DNA of 59,822 nucleotides. It comes from an uncultured Chitinophagaceae bacterium. Its GTDB lineage: Bacteria; Bacteroidota; Ignavibacteria; UBA10030; UBA8401. This document shows positions 1-9,893 of this stretch, piece after piece. The stretch covers positions 507 to 60,328 of the forward strand of contig CAYIXI010000005.1 of the NCBI GenBank assembly GCA_964367235.1, read 5' to 3'. A program made the position numbers and the translations under genes. Each line of letters opens with the position of its first letter. Positions within the stretch are counted from its first letter, which is position 1. The notes below the pieces were generated by a model. It worked only from the letters and a program-made list of their open reading frames with translations. It did no database searches and was not told the DNA's origin.

Positions 1-2037
1 AGCAAAAGTTTGAAATGGAATTTTTGCTTCAACAATATAACCGGGAGTAAAAGATTTTTTCTTAAAAATATAATTTGCGCTTGGAATCATTAATGGTTTA
101 ATTCCGCCAGCTTGTCCGGGATTATCAATGTACAATGCATACGATGTAAATCGTAAATGATAATCGGGATTTGCACCGCGAGAATAATTATTATGTCGTT
201 TTCCTCTCCAATCATACAAACCAATAAACATATCAACGCAATCAAGTCCATAACTTTTCCATGGTGCATATTCAACCATAGTCTCATTAATTTTATCATC
301 AACAACATCAAAAGCTACATAAAGATTATTAGCATCAACAGCAAGGTATGCTTTCACAGATAAATCTGCATCGTTATCAACTACACCATTTCCAACAACA
401 TGTCCTTCACCAGTTAGAGAATTTTTTGTAATTGAAATTGGTTTGATAGATGCGTTTAACCATTCTGCAACACTTCCATCAACAGCAAAACTTGCTGGGG
501 CTCCTTCATTAAAAACAGGAACACCTTTTGCAGTTGTTGTTACTTTATTACTTAATGCCATTGCTCCAACATTTCCTGCCGCATCTTTTGCATTGACACT
601 GTAGTAATAAGAAATGGGTTGATCAGTTGCTGGCGCGCGAAGCACATGACTTGCGGCACCTGAACCTGATGGTAATTGATATGGTGGAAGATCTTCAACG
701 AATGAAGAATCGGTACTTGTAAAAGTTTTGTCACTGAAATGAATAAAATATTTTGCACCGTTTTCATTTGGAACATCTGTCCAAGTTACGATATTCATAA
801 AAGTATTTGCCGCACCACCAATTGCGACAACTCCTGTTGGCGCTAATGGAGCAATAACATCAAAATCAGGATTACCAGTCCAAATATCTCCAAGATAAAT
901 TACTTTACCAGCAACAGCAGATGCTTCAGCCATAATACCAAAAGTATTAATTTTTGTAGAATCGATTGGACCTTTTTTTGTTGAGTCTTCACCTGGAGGA
1001 TAAATAAAATCTTTGAGAGCTAATTTATAAGTTTTCCACTGATTATCTGTGGTTGGAGTGATATTTAATCCACGCTTTCCACCAACAGTTCCATCTTCAA
1101 ATTGGATACGAATTTTTCCAACACCTGCTTCAGCTTTAATTTTTATTTGCAAACTATCTGTTGTCCATCCACCTGCCATATTTGTTGGAGCAAAATTAAA
1201 TCCCCAACCAGACCAGCCATTGTTCCATTCATTTCCTTGAACCCATTTGATTGCGTTTGTTCCTGTAATGTGACCTAAACCTTTTTCAACTGTTATAACT
1301 GATTGACCCCAAGCCCAAACTGAACCAACCATTGAACCTGTAAAATCAATACCGTTAAATAAAACAATGGGAACTGCCTTCGAACCAAACTGTTGAAATT
1401 TATCATATTTAACATCAACCGAATCAGCATCAATAGAAGTTGGAAGAACTGTAAAATACCAAGAAGAAATTTTTGCAGGATTAAATTTTTGATCATTCAT
1501 ACTATGACTCCAATTGAATGGAGCGATAGAAAATCCTGTGCTATCTGGCGCAGCAGTTCCATCAGAAATTCTTGCTTTTAATGGAATGCGAAGATTTACC
1601 CATTCATTATGTTTTACATCTATGATAGAATTATTTTGATAAACCCAAGTTTCTCTTGCACCACCTTCAAAATCTGTAACTTGAAGTCGCCATGACATTT
1701 TATCTGGACGAGTTGGAGCTTTTGTAACTTTCACCCAAACGCTAAGCGAATCACTTGAACCCCAATCTAATAACTTACTATCGTTTGAATAACCTATTTG
1801 TAACCAACCACCCCAATCAGCATTTGATTGATAAACATTTTTTGTTAATAATGAATTACCGCCTTCAAATTTATCAATTGAATCAGCTGACATTTTAATT
1901 GAGGAACCCGAAGAGAGCGAAACTGCATACAAAGTATCAGGTCTCTTATTTTCGAAATTATCAATAGTTTTATATTGACCAAAAGCAAACATCGAAACGC
2001 AAATAAATGCAAATAGTAAAGATTGTATTTTTTTCAT
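1..2037 (-). CDS. Secreted multi-domain carbohydrate-binding protein (two beta-sandwich CBM-like domains, Fn3-like domain, CBM9/DOMON-like domain); 3' end runs off the window
   Basis: Absent from the ORF track because no stop falls in the window. ATG at 2037, GAAGGAA SD upstream. Manual translation: MKKIQSLLFAFICVSMFAFGQ (signal peptide)...WGGWLQIG...WKTYKLALKDF...DVIAPLAPTGV...YYYSVNAKDAAGN (Fn3-like)...DADLSVKAYLAVDANNLYVAFDVVDD...GYIVEAKIPF (CBM9-like). Confidence 0.8.
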   Translation of the reverse strand, partial: MKKIQSLLFAFICVSMFAFGQYKTIDNFENKRPDTLYAVSLSSGSSIKMSADSIDKFEGGNSLLTKNVYQSNADWGGWLQIGYSNDSKLLDWGSSDSLSVWVKVTKAPTRPDKMSWRLQVTDFEGGARETWVYQNNSIIDVKHNEWVNLRIPLKARISDGTAAPDSTGFSIAPFNWSHSMNDQKFNPAKISSWYFTVLPTSIDADSVDVKYDKFQQFGSKAVPIVLFNGIDFTGSMVGSVWAWGQSVITVEKGLGHITGTNAIKWVQGNEWNNGWSGWGFNFAPTNMAGGWTTDSLQIKIKAEAGVGKIRIQFEDGTVGGKRGLNITPTTDNQWKTYKLALKDFIYPPGEDSTKKGPIDSTKINTFGIMAEASAVAGKVIYLGDIWTGNPDFDVIAPLAPTGVVAIGGAANTFMNIVTWTDVPNENGAKYFIHFSDKTFTSTDSSFVEDLPPYQLPSGSGAASHVLRAPATDQPISYYYSVNAKDAAGNVGAMALSNKVTTTAKGVPVFNEGAPASFAVDGSVAEWLNASIKPISITKNSLTGEGHVVGNGVVDNDADLSVKAYLAVDANNLYVAFDVVDDKINETMVEYAPWKSYGLDCVDMFIGLYDWRGKRHNNYSRGANPDYHLRFTSYALYIDNPGQAGGIKPLMIPSANYIFKKKSFTPGYIVEAKIPFQTFA

Positions 2038-2211
2038 TTTTTCCTTCTATGAATTTGTTAATAGATATTGTTAATTACTTTTTGTAAAATTTATTTCAAA
2101 TTTTATCTTTGATGTGCAAATTATAAGTTTTTTTGTAAAATTGAACAATCGCACAATCGTGGTATATTAGATTTATTAAAATATTTTTATTTATGAAAGG
2201 TTTCGAGATTA

Positions 2212-2943
2212 TTATTTAATTTTGATTGCGAGTTGTAAATAATTATTAACTGCGCCAAGTATTTCAAATTTAAAATCGTATGCTTTGCAAAAATCATTGA
2301 ATGCTTTAAATTCAAAAGTCGGTACTCCAAACTCATCAAAAATAATTATATCCCCTTTATTTAAATAGGGAAATAAAGAGGTCAAAACATACAAGCAAGA
2401 TGAATACAAATCGCTATCGATGTGAATTACTTTTTTGGGATCAATTTTATGTGATTTTAAAAATTTTGGCAAACTTGTTTGAAATAATCCAGAGAAGAAC
2501 TCGACTCGGTTGTCATTTATTTGAGGATATTTTCCGCCAGTATCAAAATGATTTTTTTTAAACGCGCCATAATTTTCTGGCAAACCAGTAAATGTATCAA
2601 AGCCATAAAATCGGGACGATTTATTTTTATTTTTTTCTGCCCAATATTTAAATGAAATTCCATCTGCCACACCAAACTCTAAATAAATTATTTTGCCATT
2701 AAGTTTTTCTTTTTCAAAAACAAATTGGTGAAGTTGGAATCTATCTTCATAATTTATTTTTGATTTATAAAAATCGTTAAATCCTAAATTTTTATTTTTA
2801 CTTACAAACTCCGAGAATTCGCCTAAATAAAATAATTGCAAAAATATATTTTTAAATGGATTTATTAAATAATGAATTTTGAATTTAACTAAAAGAGATT
2901 TGATTTTCTTTTTAAAAAATAAATTTATTGAAATGTAGTTCAT
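2212..2943 (-). CDS. TylF/MycF-like class I SAM-dependent O-methyltransferase
   Basis: YLEFGVADG, YGFDTFTGLPE, IHIDSDLYSS and IIFDEF motifs. Confidence 0.8.
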   Translation of the reverse strand: MNYISINLFFKKKIKSLLVKFKIHYLINPFKNIFLQLFYLGEFSEFVSKNKNLGFNDFYKSKINYEDRFQLHQFVFEKEKLNGKIIYLEFGVADGISFKYWAEKNKNKSSRFYGFDTFTGLPENYGAFKKNHFDTGGKYPQINDNRVEFFSGLFQTSLPKFLKSHKIDPKKVIHIDSDLYSSCLYVLTSLFPYLNKGDIIIFDEFGVPTFEFKAFNDFCKAYDFKFEILGAVNNYLQLAIKIK

Positions 2944-2951
2944 ACTTTTTT

Positions 2952-4073
2952 TTATTTTAATGTTTCATCAATAATTGCTCCGCCAACCAAATCATCTCCT
3001 TCGTAAAACACAACCGATTGCCCCGGAGTGATTGAGCGCTTTGGAGTTTTAAATTCAATTTTTATTTTTCCATTCCCATCACCAGTGCCATCAATTTGAG
3101 TAACAAGCGCAGTTGCTGCAAAATCTTTGTAACGGATTTTTGTATCTAAAAATTTTCCATCTTTTAGCGAATCGTATTTTTGTAAATTTAGTTGCGATGC
3201 AAATAAAGTTGTTGCGAGCAAATCTTCCTCTTTACCGATTACAATTTTATTTTCTTTATAATTTATTTCTGTAACATAAACTGGTTTGGGCAACGCAACG
3301 CCAATTCCTTTTCGTTGACCAATTGTGTAAAAGGGAAAACCAGAATGCTCTCCAATAATTCTTCCATTCATTTCGGTTTTTCCATGCGCAACTTTTTTTT
3401 CTAAATCAGGATTTTTGTGTTTTAAAAATCTTTCATAATTATTATCGGTGATAAAACAGATTTCAAAGCTTTCACCTTTGTGAGCAGTTTTCAGATTCAT
3501 TCGTTCAGCAATTTTTCGAGTTTCATCTTTCGTTAAATCTCCAATGGGAAAAATCGTTTTAGATAAAGAGCTTTGTGAGAGATTCCAAAGCATATAAGAT
3601 TGGTCTTTATTTAAATCTTTTCCTTTTGAAATAAAATATCGACCGCTCGAATTATCGAAATTAACTTTTGCGTAATGCCCCATCGAAATAAAATCGGCTC
3701 CAAGTTGCATTCCTTTTTTAATTAGTTCTTCCCATTTAATTTTTCGATTGCAAACCACACAAGGGTTTGGTGTGCGACCGTGCATATATTCGTCGATAAA
3801 ATTATCAATAATATTTTTTCCGAAAACTTCGGTAAAATCTAAAACATAGTGTGGGAAATTAAATTGGTTTGCAATAATTCTTGCGTCATTAATTCCTTCG
3901 AGCGAGCAACAACTTTTATCTCCTTCGGTTGTTCCGCCGACATCATCGTAATTGTAAGTTTTAATTGTAATGCCGATGAGTTCGAAACCTTGCTCGATGA
4001 GTAATCCTGCCGCAACTGATGAATCCACTCCACCACTCATTCCGATTATGATTTTCTTTTTTGAACTCTGCAT
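2952..4073 (-). CDS. mnmA: tRNA 2-thiouridine(34) synthase MnmA
   Basis: MSGGVDSSV PP-loop, TPNPCVVCN, KDQSY, YTIGQRKG, ITPGQ. Confidence 0.97.
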   Translation of the reverse strand: MQSSKKKIIIGMSGGVDSSVAAGLLIEQGFELIGITIKTYNYDDVGGTTEGDKSCCSLEGINDARIIANQFNFPHYVLDFTEVFGKNIIDNFIDEYMHGRTPNPCVVCNRKIKWEELIKKGMQLGADFISMGHYAKVNFDNSSGRYFISKGKDLNKDQSYMLWNLSQSSLSKTIFPIGDLTKDETRKIAERMNLKTAHKGESFEICFITDNNYERFLKHKNPDLEKKVAHGKTEMNGRIIGEHSGFPFYTIGQRKGIGVALPKPVYVTEINYKENKIVIGKEEDLLATTLFASQLNLQKYDSLKDGKFLDTKIRYKDFAATALVTQIDGTGDGNGKIKIEFKTPKRSITPGQSVVFYEGDDLVGGAIIDETLK

Positions 4074-4100
4074 AAGTAAAAATACAAATATTTGATTTAA

Positions 4101-5933
4101 CTAAAAAACAAGATCCAATTGTAGTGAGAATTGATTTTGCGTTTCATATTTATTTTCATAAATATTTTCTAATTTTTTCCGTGTGGTAGATATTTTAAAA
4201 GATAAAATCGCATCTTCGTTTATTTTCCAATTTGTGTAAAAATAAAAACGCAATCCGTTACCGTAAAGTGGGAGAAAAGAAATATTTCCAGGAATCTCAT
4301 TTTCAAATTGATAAAGCCGAGAGTTGTACGAATCGGAACTGAAAGAAATAATTCTTGAAGCAATTGAAATCTTCTCATCAAATAATTTATATTTAAAATC
4401 GGTAAATAATAAAATTCCATTTTCGCGATAAGCTAATTGGAGTAAATCGACAAATTCAATTCGCTGAGAGATTTCAAAATCATTTTTAAAATTGAAAATA
4501 AAATTAAACCGATAAGTTTTCTTATTACTATTTAAGTAGTCTTTCTGCTTAAAAAGAAAATATGATTCAATTGATTTTGAAAATTGATTTTCAATTCTTA
4601 AAGAGTATTCACGACCACTTGAAGAAAAGTCATCATTTTTTAAAATAGAAAAATCATCAATGAAACCAACGATTTTCAGCCAATCGGTAATTCTCGTTTC
4701 AATGCCAAGAATAATTCCGTTTTCGCTTCCGACAAAATTATTTTGCCTAATTGCGCCAGCAAAAGGATTTGAAAATCCATTTCGATAATTTCGAAAATGA
4801 ATTAAATAAGAAAAATATTTTTGCTCTGAAAGAAAACCAACCGCAAGTGCATTTTTATTTTTATCTGTTTTTGCGTAATCATAAAAGACTTCGCTATTTT
4901 TAAAATAATTTGTTCCACTTATTCCAATAACTGAAAATTTATTTGAATCTAAATTCATCGGCTCGTTTGAATTTATTATTTTATCGTACTTCGCATTTAA
5001 AGAGGTAAAATTGATTTCGTATGAGTTTCGTTTTGAGAATTTCGAAACAACTCCAAATATATTTTCGTTAAATATTTCTTTTCCCAAAGCAAATCCTGTA
5101 TAACTTACTGAAGAGATTATTCCCTCTTCATTTAAATTTCCAAATTTATTTCTATTTGAGTAAAATGGATAAATGGAAATGTTTTGATTCAAATTAATTT
5201 TTGAAGCAATGCCTCGCATAAATTTATATTCATCGCTTGAGCTACTTGCTGAAATTATTTTATTTGATTTCGGAATTTTTAATTCCGAGTTACTGATTGA
5301 TGAAAATATATTTTTACTAATTGCCAATCCCTCTCCAACCGAGATAGAATAATCTCCAATTATAATTTGTGGTAACGATTGACTAAAATTGTATTCAATA
5401 AATCCTGTTGTAAAACCATTTTTATAATCTTCAAACGAATCCTTTTCAATTAATAAATTTGATTTTAAATTGTGCGTTTTAAAATTTACTCTATTATAAA
5501 GCTTCAACTCTTCTTGATTTCTATTTAATAGTGGTAAAATTGACTGCGGTAAAACAATTCTATTTCTAATTTTCAAATATCCAATTTCATCTTCATTCAT
5601 CACCATGCAATATTGTAAAAGCAAAATAAATTGCGGTTTGTTTTTAAAAATATTTTTAAGCGATTTCCACGAAAAATCATTTGTTGTGTCGCGCCAATTT
5701 AAAACAATATCAATTTCCCTATTTGTAATCAGCGGAATTGATAAAAGTTCATCTTCATTTGCGGTTGATAATACAATCGGATTATCATGCAAATAAATTA
5801 ATTCCTCAATTATCATTTCTGCATTATCTTCGTTTTGAAAAGATTCAAATAATTTGTTTTCAAAATTTTTAACTCGAAGTGTATCATCAGAATTTTGATT
5901 AAATAAAAAAAGAAATGAAAATATTAAACTCAT
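4101..5933 (-). CDS. Helix-hairpin-helix (ComEA-like) N-terminal domain plus predicted outer-membrane beta-barrel
   Basis: LSTANEDELLSIPLI HhH-like motif, EKD and IIIGDYSISVGEGL segments, C-terminal beta-signal LQLDLVF. Confidence 0.7.
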   Translation of the reverse strand: MSLIFSFLFLFNQNSDDTLRVKNFENKLFESFQNEDNAEMIIEELIYLHDNPIVLSTANEDELLSIPLITNREIDIVLNWRDTTNDFSWKSLKNIFKNKPQFILLLQYCMVMNEDEIGYLKIRNRIVLPQSILPLLNRNQEELKLYNRVNFKTHNLKSNLLIEKDSFEDYKNGFTTGFIEYNFSQSLPQIIIGDYSISVGEGLAISKNIFSSISNSELKIPKSNKIISASSSSDEYKFMRGIASKINLNQNISIYPFYSNRNKFGNLNEEGIISSVSYTGFALGKEIFNENIFGVVSKFSKRNSYEINFTSLNAKYDKIINSNEPMNLDSNKFSVIGISGTNYFKNSEVFYDYAKTDKNKNALAVGFLSEQKYFSYLIHFRNYRNGFSNPFAGAIRQNNFVGSENGIILGIETRITDWLKIVGFIDDFSILKNDDFSSSGREYSLRIENQFSKSIESYFLFKQKDYLNSNKKTYRFNFIFNFKNDFEISQRIEFVDLLQLAYRENGILLFTDFKYKLFDEKISIASRIISFSSDSYNSRLYQFENEIPGNISFLPLYGNGLRFYFYTNWKINEDAILSFKISTTRKKLENIYENKYETQNQFSLQLDLVF

Positions 5934-6746
5934 TTAAAAATTAATTTCAATTGAGTAAGTGTGCGTTTCTCCCAGTTCGCGATGAAATGAATAACTGTAA
6001 TCGAAATTTGCATAATTTGTATTAACTGAAAATCCCCCGAACATTTTATTTGGTTCGGTCATAAATCCACTTCGGAGTTTAATATTTTCAGAGATTGCAA
6101 ACTCAGTTCCAAAACGATTTGAGATTTCCGTTGAAGTTTCCTTAGAAACATTCCATTCCAAAAATGTATTTTCAATCGGAATAAAATTAATTCCGACAGA
6201 ATAATTTTGAGGCAAGTCCTCGTTTGCTAATCCAATCTTTTGAGCAATTATATTTTGTATCGCAACTCCAAAATTTAAATTATTATTTATTTTTAAAATA
6301 ATTCCTAAATCCAAACTTGCCGAGTTTGCATTTCCATATTTTTCAATTGTAAGAATATGCTGATTTAAATTTAATCCAAAATATATTTCATCATTTATTT
6401 TTGTGGAGAAATTACCAGTGTAAGTTTGCTCGTTATATTTTGAATCTCCAAACTGTGAAATTGAAATCTGATAATTATTTTCTTCAAATTTATAATTCGC
6501 TGAAAGTCCTCTAAAAGAAAGTTGTGACAAATTAAATTCGCCGGGAGAAGTGTAAAATGAAAATGAATAATTTTTATTTGTATTTGTAGCGGCAGGATTT
6601 ATTAAAATGTTTTCAATTCCAAAATTAGCAATTCCACAAAATCCTTTTCCAATTAATTTTGCGCTTTGCGATTGCCTACTAAAAAAAGGAAACAGATTTT
6701 GGCTAATCATCAATAACAAAAATATCTTCTTGTTAAGTAATTTCAT
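5934..6746 (-). CDS. Outer-membrane beta-barrel protein, PorV/PorQ-like
   Basis: Signal peptide, INPAA motif, DLGII...NFGVAIQNI, terminal Phe. Confidence 0.6.
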   Translation of the reverse strand: MKLLNKKIFLLLMISQNLFPFFSRQSQSAKLIGKGFCGIANFGIENILINPAATNTNKNYSFSFYTSPGEFNLSQLSFRGLSANYKFEENNYQISISQFGDSKYNEQTYTGNFSTKINDEIYFGLNLNQHILTIEKYGNANSASLDLGIILKINNNLNFGVAIQNIIAQKIGLANEDLPQNYSVGINFIPIENTFLEWNVSKETSTEISNRFGTEFAISENIKLRSGFMTEPNKMFGGFSVNTNYANFDYSYSFHRELGETHTYSIEINF

Positions 6747-6767
6747 TCTATTTATATTTATTCGAAA

Positions 6768-7670
6768 ATGAAAACAAAAATAATATTTTTAATTGCATCG
6801 TTTTTCATGCTTAATTCAAATTTATACAGCCAACTTGAGTGTAAGGTAACTCTCAACACCGATAACATTCAAGGGGGCTACCGCGAAAATCTTCAAAATT
6901 TTGCAAGTGATATCGAAAATTATATCAACTCAAACAAATGGTCTTCCGATGATTTTCCGCAGAAAATAAAATGCTCGATGAATATATTTTTTACCACAAC
7001 AAGTGGTGAAAATCGTTATTCTGCGCAGGTTTTTATTGGTTCTCAACGACCAATTTATTTCGGTAAAAATCCTTCTGATAAAAATACAGTTTTGTTAAGA
7101 ATTTTTGACGACAAGTGGGAATTTACTTATTTAAAAAATCAGCCGATTTATAAAAACGAAAATAAATTTGATCCGTTGATGAGTTTTATAAATTTTTATG
7201 TTTATTTAATTTTAGGATTTGATTACGACACTTACTCGCAGCTTAGTGGAACAAATTATTTTCAGCGCGCAATGTCAATTTGCAATCAAGCCTCAGGTTC
7301 AATTGGTTGGGATCGGAGCAATTCCGCTTATAGTAAATTTAGTTTTGCTGAAGAAATTCTTAATCCAAAGTTTAATCTTTTTAGGCAGTCGCAATACATT
7401 TATCATTTCAAAGGATTGGATTTGTTAGCAACAAAACCTGAAAAAGGATTTACAAATATTATTTCTTCCCTATCAAAAATTGATTCGTTGAATTATTTAA
7501 TTGCTGGTCGCTCGATAGTTTTAAAAACTTATTTCGATACAAAGTATTTGGAATTTGTTGATGTCTTTAGAAATTATCCCGATAAGGAAATTTATTTAAA
7601 GCTTTCTAAAATTGATAAGAGCCATAAATTGATTTACGACGAAGCGTACAAAAGATTAACTAAAAAATAA
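6768..7670 (+). CDS. DUF4835 family protein (T9SS-associated, PorD-like)
   Basis: Signal peptide, QLECKVTLN, SQRPIY, FYVYLILGFDYDTYS, YHFKGLD. Confidence 0.8.
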   Translation: MKTKIIFLIASFFMLNSNLYSQLECKVTLNTDNIQGGYRENLQNFASDIENYINSNKWSSDDFPQKIKCSMNIFFTTTSGENRYSAQVFIGSQRPIYFGKNPSDKNTVLLRIFDDKWEFTYLKNQPIYKNENKFDPLMSFINFYVYLILGFDYDTYSQLSGTNYFQRAMSICNQASGSIGWDRSNSAYSKFSFAEEILNPKFNLFRQSQYIYHFKGLDLLATKPEKGFTNIISSLSKIDSLNYLIAGRSIVLKTYFDTKYLEFVDVFRNYPDKEIYLKLSKIDKSHKLIYDEAYKRLTKK

Positions 7671-8111
7671 TTATTCTTTTTTATAAAGATTATTTCCCCA
7701 TTCAAGCACTTCCACTTTTACTTCGCCTGTTCCTTTTTCAACAATTCCAATTTCAATTGCCGCGCCGAGAGATAAATCAATAATTCTTTCAAGTTTAAAC
7801 GGACCTCTATCGGTTACTCGAACTCGAACAGATTTTTTGTTTGACAGATTTGTAACATTTAAAATTGTTCCGAAAGGAAAAGTTCTGTGCGCCGCAGTTA
7901 ATCCATTCATATTATAAATTTCTCCGTTGGCAGTTCTTTTTCCGTGAAAATCGTGCGCGTAGTAAGATGCTTTTCCAACTACAATTGATAAAATTTTTCC
8001 ACCAGGTTTTTGAATTGAAATTACATCTTTTGCAAATCTTGGACTTACTGCGCAACTAGAAATAAAAATTGTCAAAATTATAAAATGGATTTTCGATTTA
8101 GAGAAAATCAT
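7671..8111 (-). CDS. rlpA: Septal ring lytic transglycosylase RlpA-family lipoprotein
   Basis: Lipobox ISSC; GKASYYA, TANGE, TAAHRTFPFGT, DRGPF, IIDLS. Confidence 0.9.
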   Translation of the reverse strand: MIFSKSKIHFIILTIFISSCAVSPRFAKDVISIQKPGGKILSIVVGKASYYAHDFHGKRTANGEIYNMNGLTAAHRTFPFGTILNVTNLSNKKSVRVRVTDRGPFKLERIIDLSLGAAIEIGIVEKGTGEVKVEVLEWGNNLYKKE

Positions 8112-9189
8112 TCATCTCTTTCTGCTTCAAATAATTTACAACTTCTTTTACATCTTGCGCTTTATCTCGCGAACAAATTAAAATCGAATCGTTTGTTTCA
8201 ATCACAATTAAATTTTCAACTCCAACTGCGGCAATTAATTTATTTTGAGAATAGATATAAGAATTTTTTGAATTTATCGAAATAACATTTCCTGTAATCG
8301 CATTTCCGTCATCATTTTTCGGGCTGATTTGATAAACCTCTTCCCAAGAGCCAACATCGTTCCATCCAAATTTTCCCGCCAAAACAAAAACATCTTTCGC
8401 TTTTTCCATCACGCCATAATCGATAGAAATAGATCGAATGATTTTATATTTTTCTTCCAAAGTTTTTTCAAACAGTGAAGTGCCAATCGACTCCTCGATA
8501 TTTAAAAGTTGCTCGTATAATTCTGGAAGAGATTTTTGGATTTCATTTAAGATTGAATCGACTCGCCAAATAAACATTCCGCTATTCCACAAAAAATCTC
8601 CGCTTCGCAAAAATTCATTTGCAATTTCAATCGTAGGTTTTTCGGCAAAAGTTTTTACTCTGAACGCATTCTTTTTATAAAAAGGATTTGCGGAAGAATT
8701 TTCATCGTCGAACTGAATGTAGCCGTAACCAGTTTCTGGTCGAGTTGGAGAAATTCCAATTGTGATTAATGCAGATGAATTTGCTGCAACTTCAATTCCA
8801 TTTTTCAAAACATGATGGAACTCTTTTACATTATGAATAATATGATCGGCGGGCAGAACAACCATTACACCAGTTGGGTCGATTCGTTTTGCAAAAAGCG
8901 CGGCAAGCCCAATGCAAGGCGCAGTATTTCTTCCGAGTGGTTCAACAATAATATTTTCCTGCGGAATATTTGGAAGTTGTTTTACAACTCCATTTTTTTG
9001 CAATTTATTTGTAACAACAAATATTTGTTCTGGCGGAATGAGGGATTCAATTCTGCTAACAGTTGATTGAATCATAGTTTCACCTTCAACAATTTTTAAA
9101 AGTTGCTTCGGAGATTTTTCTCTACTTCTTGGCCAAAAACGAGAACCAACTCCACCAGCCATAATTACACCATAAATTTTTCTTTTCAT
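8098..9189 (-). CDS. manC: Mannose-1-phosphate guanylyltransferase
   Basis: MAGGVGSRFWPRSR...PKQ, RNTAPCI, PETGYGYI, EKP, WNSGMF, SIDYGVMEK, WNDVGSW. Confidence 0.93.
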   Translation of the reverse strand: MKRKIYGVIMAGGVGSRFWPRSREKSPKQLLKIVEGETMIQSTVSRIESLIPPEQIFVVTNKLQKNGVVKQLPNIPQENIIVEPLGRNTAPCIGLAALFAKRIDPTGVMVVLPADHIIHNVKEFHHVLKNGIEVAANSSALITIGISPTRPETGYGYIQFDDENSSANPFYKKNAFRVKTFAEKPTIEIANEFLRSGDFLWNSGMFIWRVDSILNEIQKSLPELYEQLLNIEESIGTSLFEKTLEEKYKIIRSISIDYGVMEKAKDVFVLAGKFGWNDVGSWEEVYQISPKNDDGNAITGNVISINSKNSYIYSQNKLIAAVGVENLIVIETNDSILICSRDKAQDVKEVVNYLKQKEMNDFL

Positions 9190-9191
9190 AT

Positions 9192-9893
9192 TTACCTCAA
9201 AACTTTTTCGGGATGTGAAAGCAATAAATTAATTTCATCTAAAATATCTTCTCCATTTTCGTTTGCATTTAATCCAACATTTAATTTTTCTCCAATCACA
9301 GAAAGAAATTCTGCAACTTTTACACTTTCAATCGCGCCGTGCTTTTCAACAAAATTTATAAACGAAATTATTGAATTAAAAAAATTTGCAAGCGTTATAT
9401 TTTTTTTCGACTTGGCAATTTCAATCGAACTTTTTGCGACAATCATCAATAACACATAAACCGATTTTCTTTCCTCCGAACTTTTACTAACAAGCGAATT
9501 TACTATTTGCGTAAACCTGCTGAAACCAACTAACATATTTTTATCAATCAAATCGGTGAGCGATTTTTGATTTTTAATTTTTATTTCTTTTTCAACCGAA
9601 AATGATTTTGCAAATTTTTCCTCAAGTAAATCAACATCTTTTGCAAAAGTGTACGCATAATTTTTATGTTTTACTTTCGCCTCGCGAACCAAAATCCATT
9701 CCATCACCAATGCTGGATTCATAAATCCTTCAACTTTTTGAAGCAGTGCAATTTCTCCACGCAAAATATCCGATGTTTTTAATCTTTCAAAAACATGCTC
9801 AAAATTTAATTTCATTTCTTTGCTTACTTTTGGCAAAAGATTTTTGTGAACACTTCGCAAAACTTCTAAAATATATTCTTCTCCGCTATCCAT
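9192..9893 (-). CDS. Hypothetical helical protein
   Basis: Long ORF filling the gap between alr and manC; probable ATG at 9893 overlaps the alr stop; no motif recognised. Confidence 0.65.
   Translation of the reverse strand: MDSGEEYILEVLRSVHKNLLPKVSKEMKLNFEHVFERLKTSDILRGEIALLQKVEGFMNPALVMEWILVREAKVKHKNYAYTFAKDVDLLEEKFAKSFSVEKEIKIKNQKSLTDLIDKNMLVGFSRFTQIVNSLVSKSSEERKSVYVLLMIVAKSSIEIAKSKKNITLANFFNSIISFINFVEKHGAIESVKVAEFLSVIGEKLNVGLNANENGEDILDEINLLLSHPEKVLR

Noticed and set aside
90-1581. Six short ORFs in the track
   Set aside because: Shadow or alternative frames of the long minus-strand gene at 1-2037
2078-2162. Operator-like direct repeats (TTTGTAAAATT x2, ACAATCG x2) upstream of the first gene
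   Set aside because: Short and AT-rich; could arise by chance
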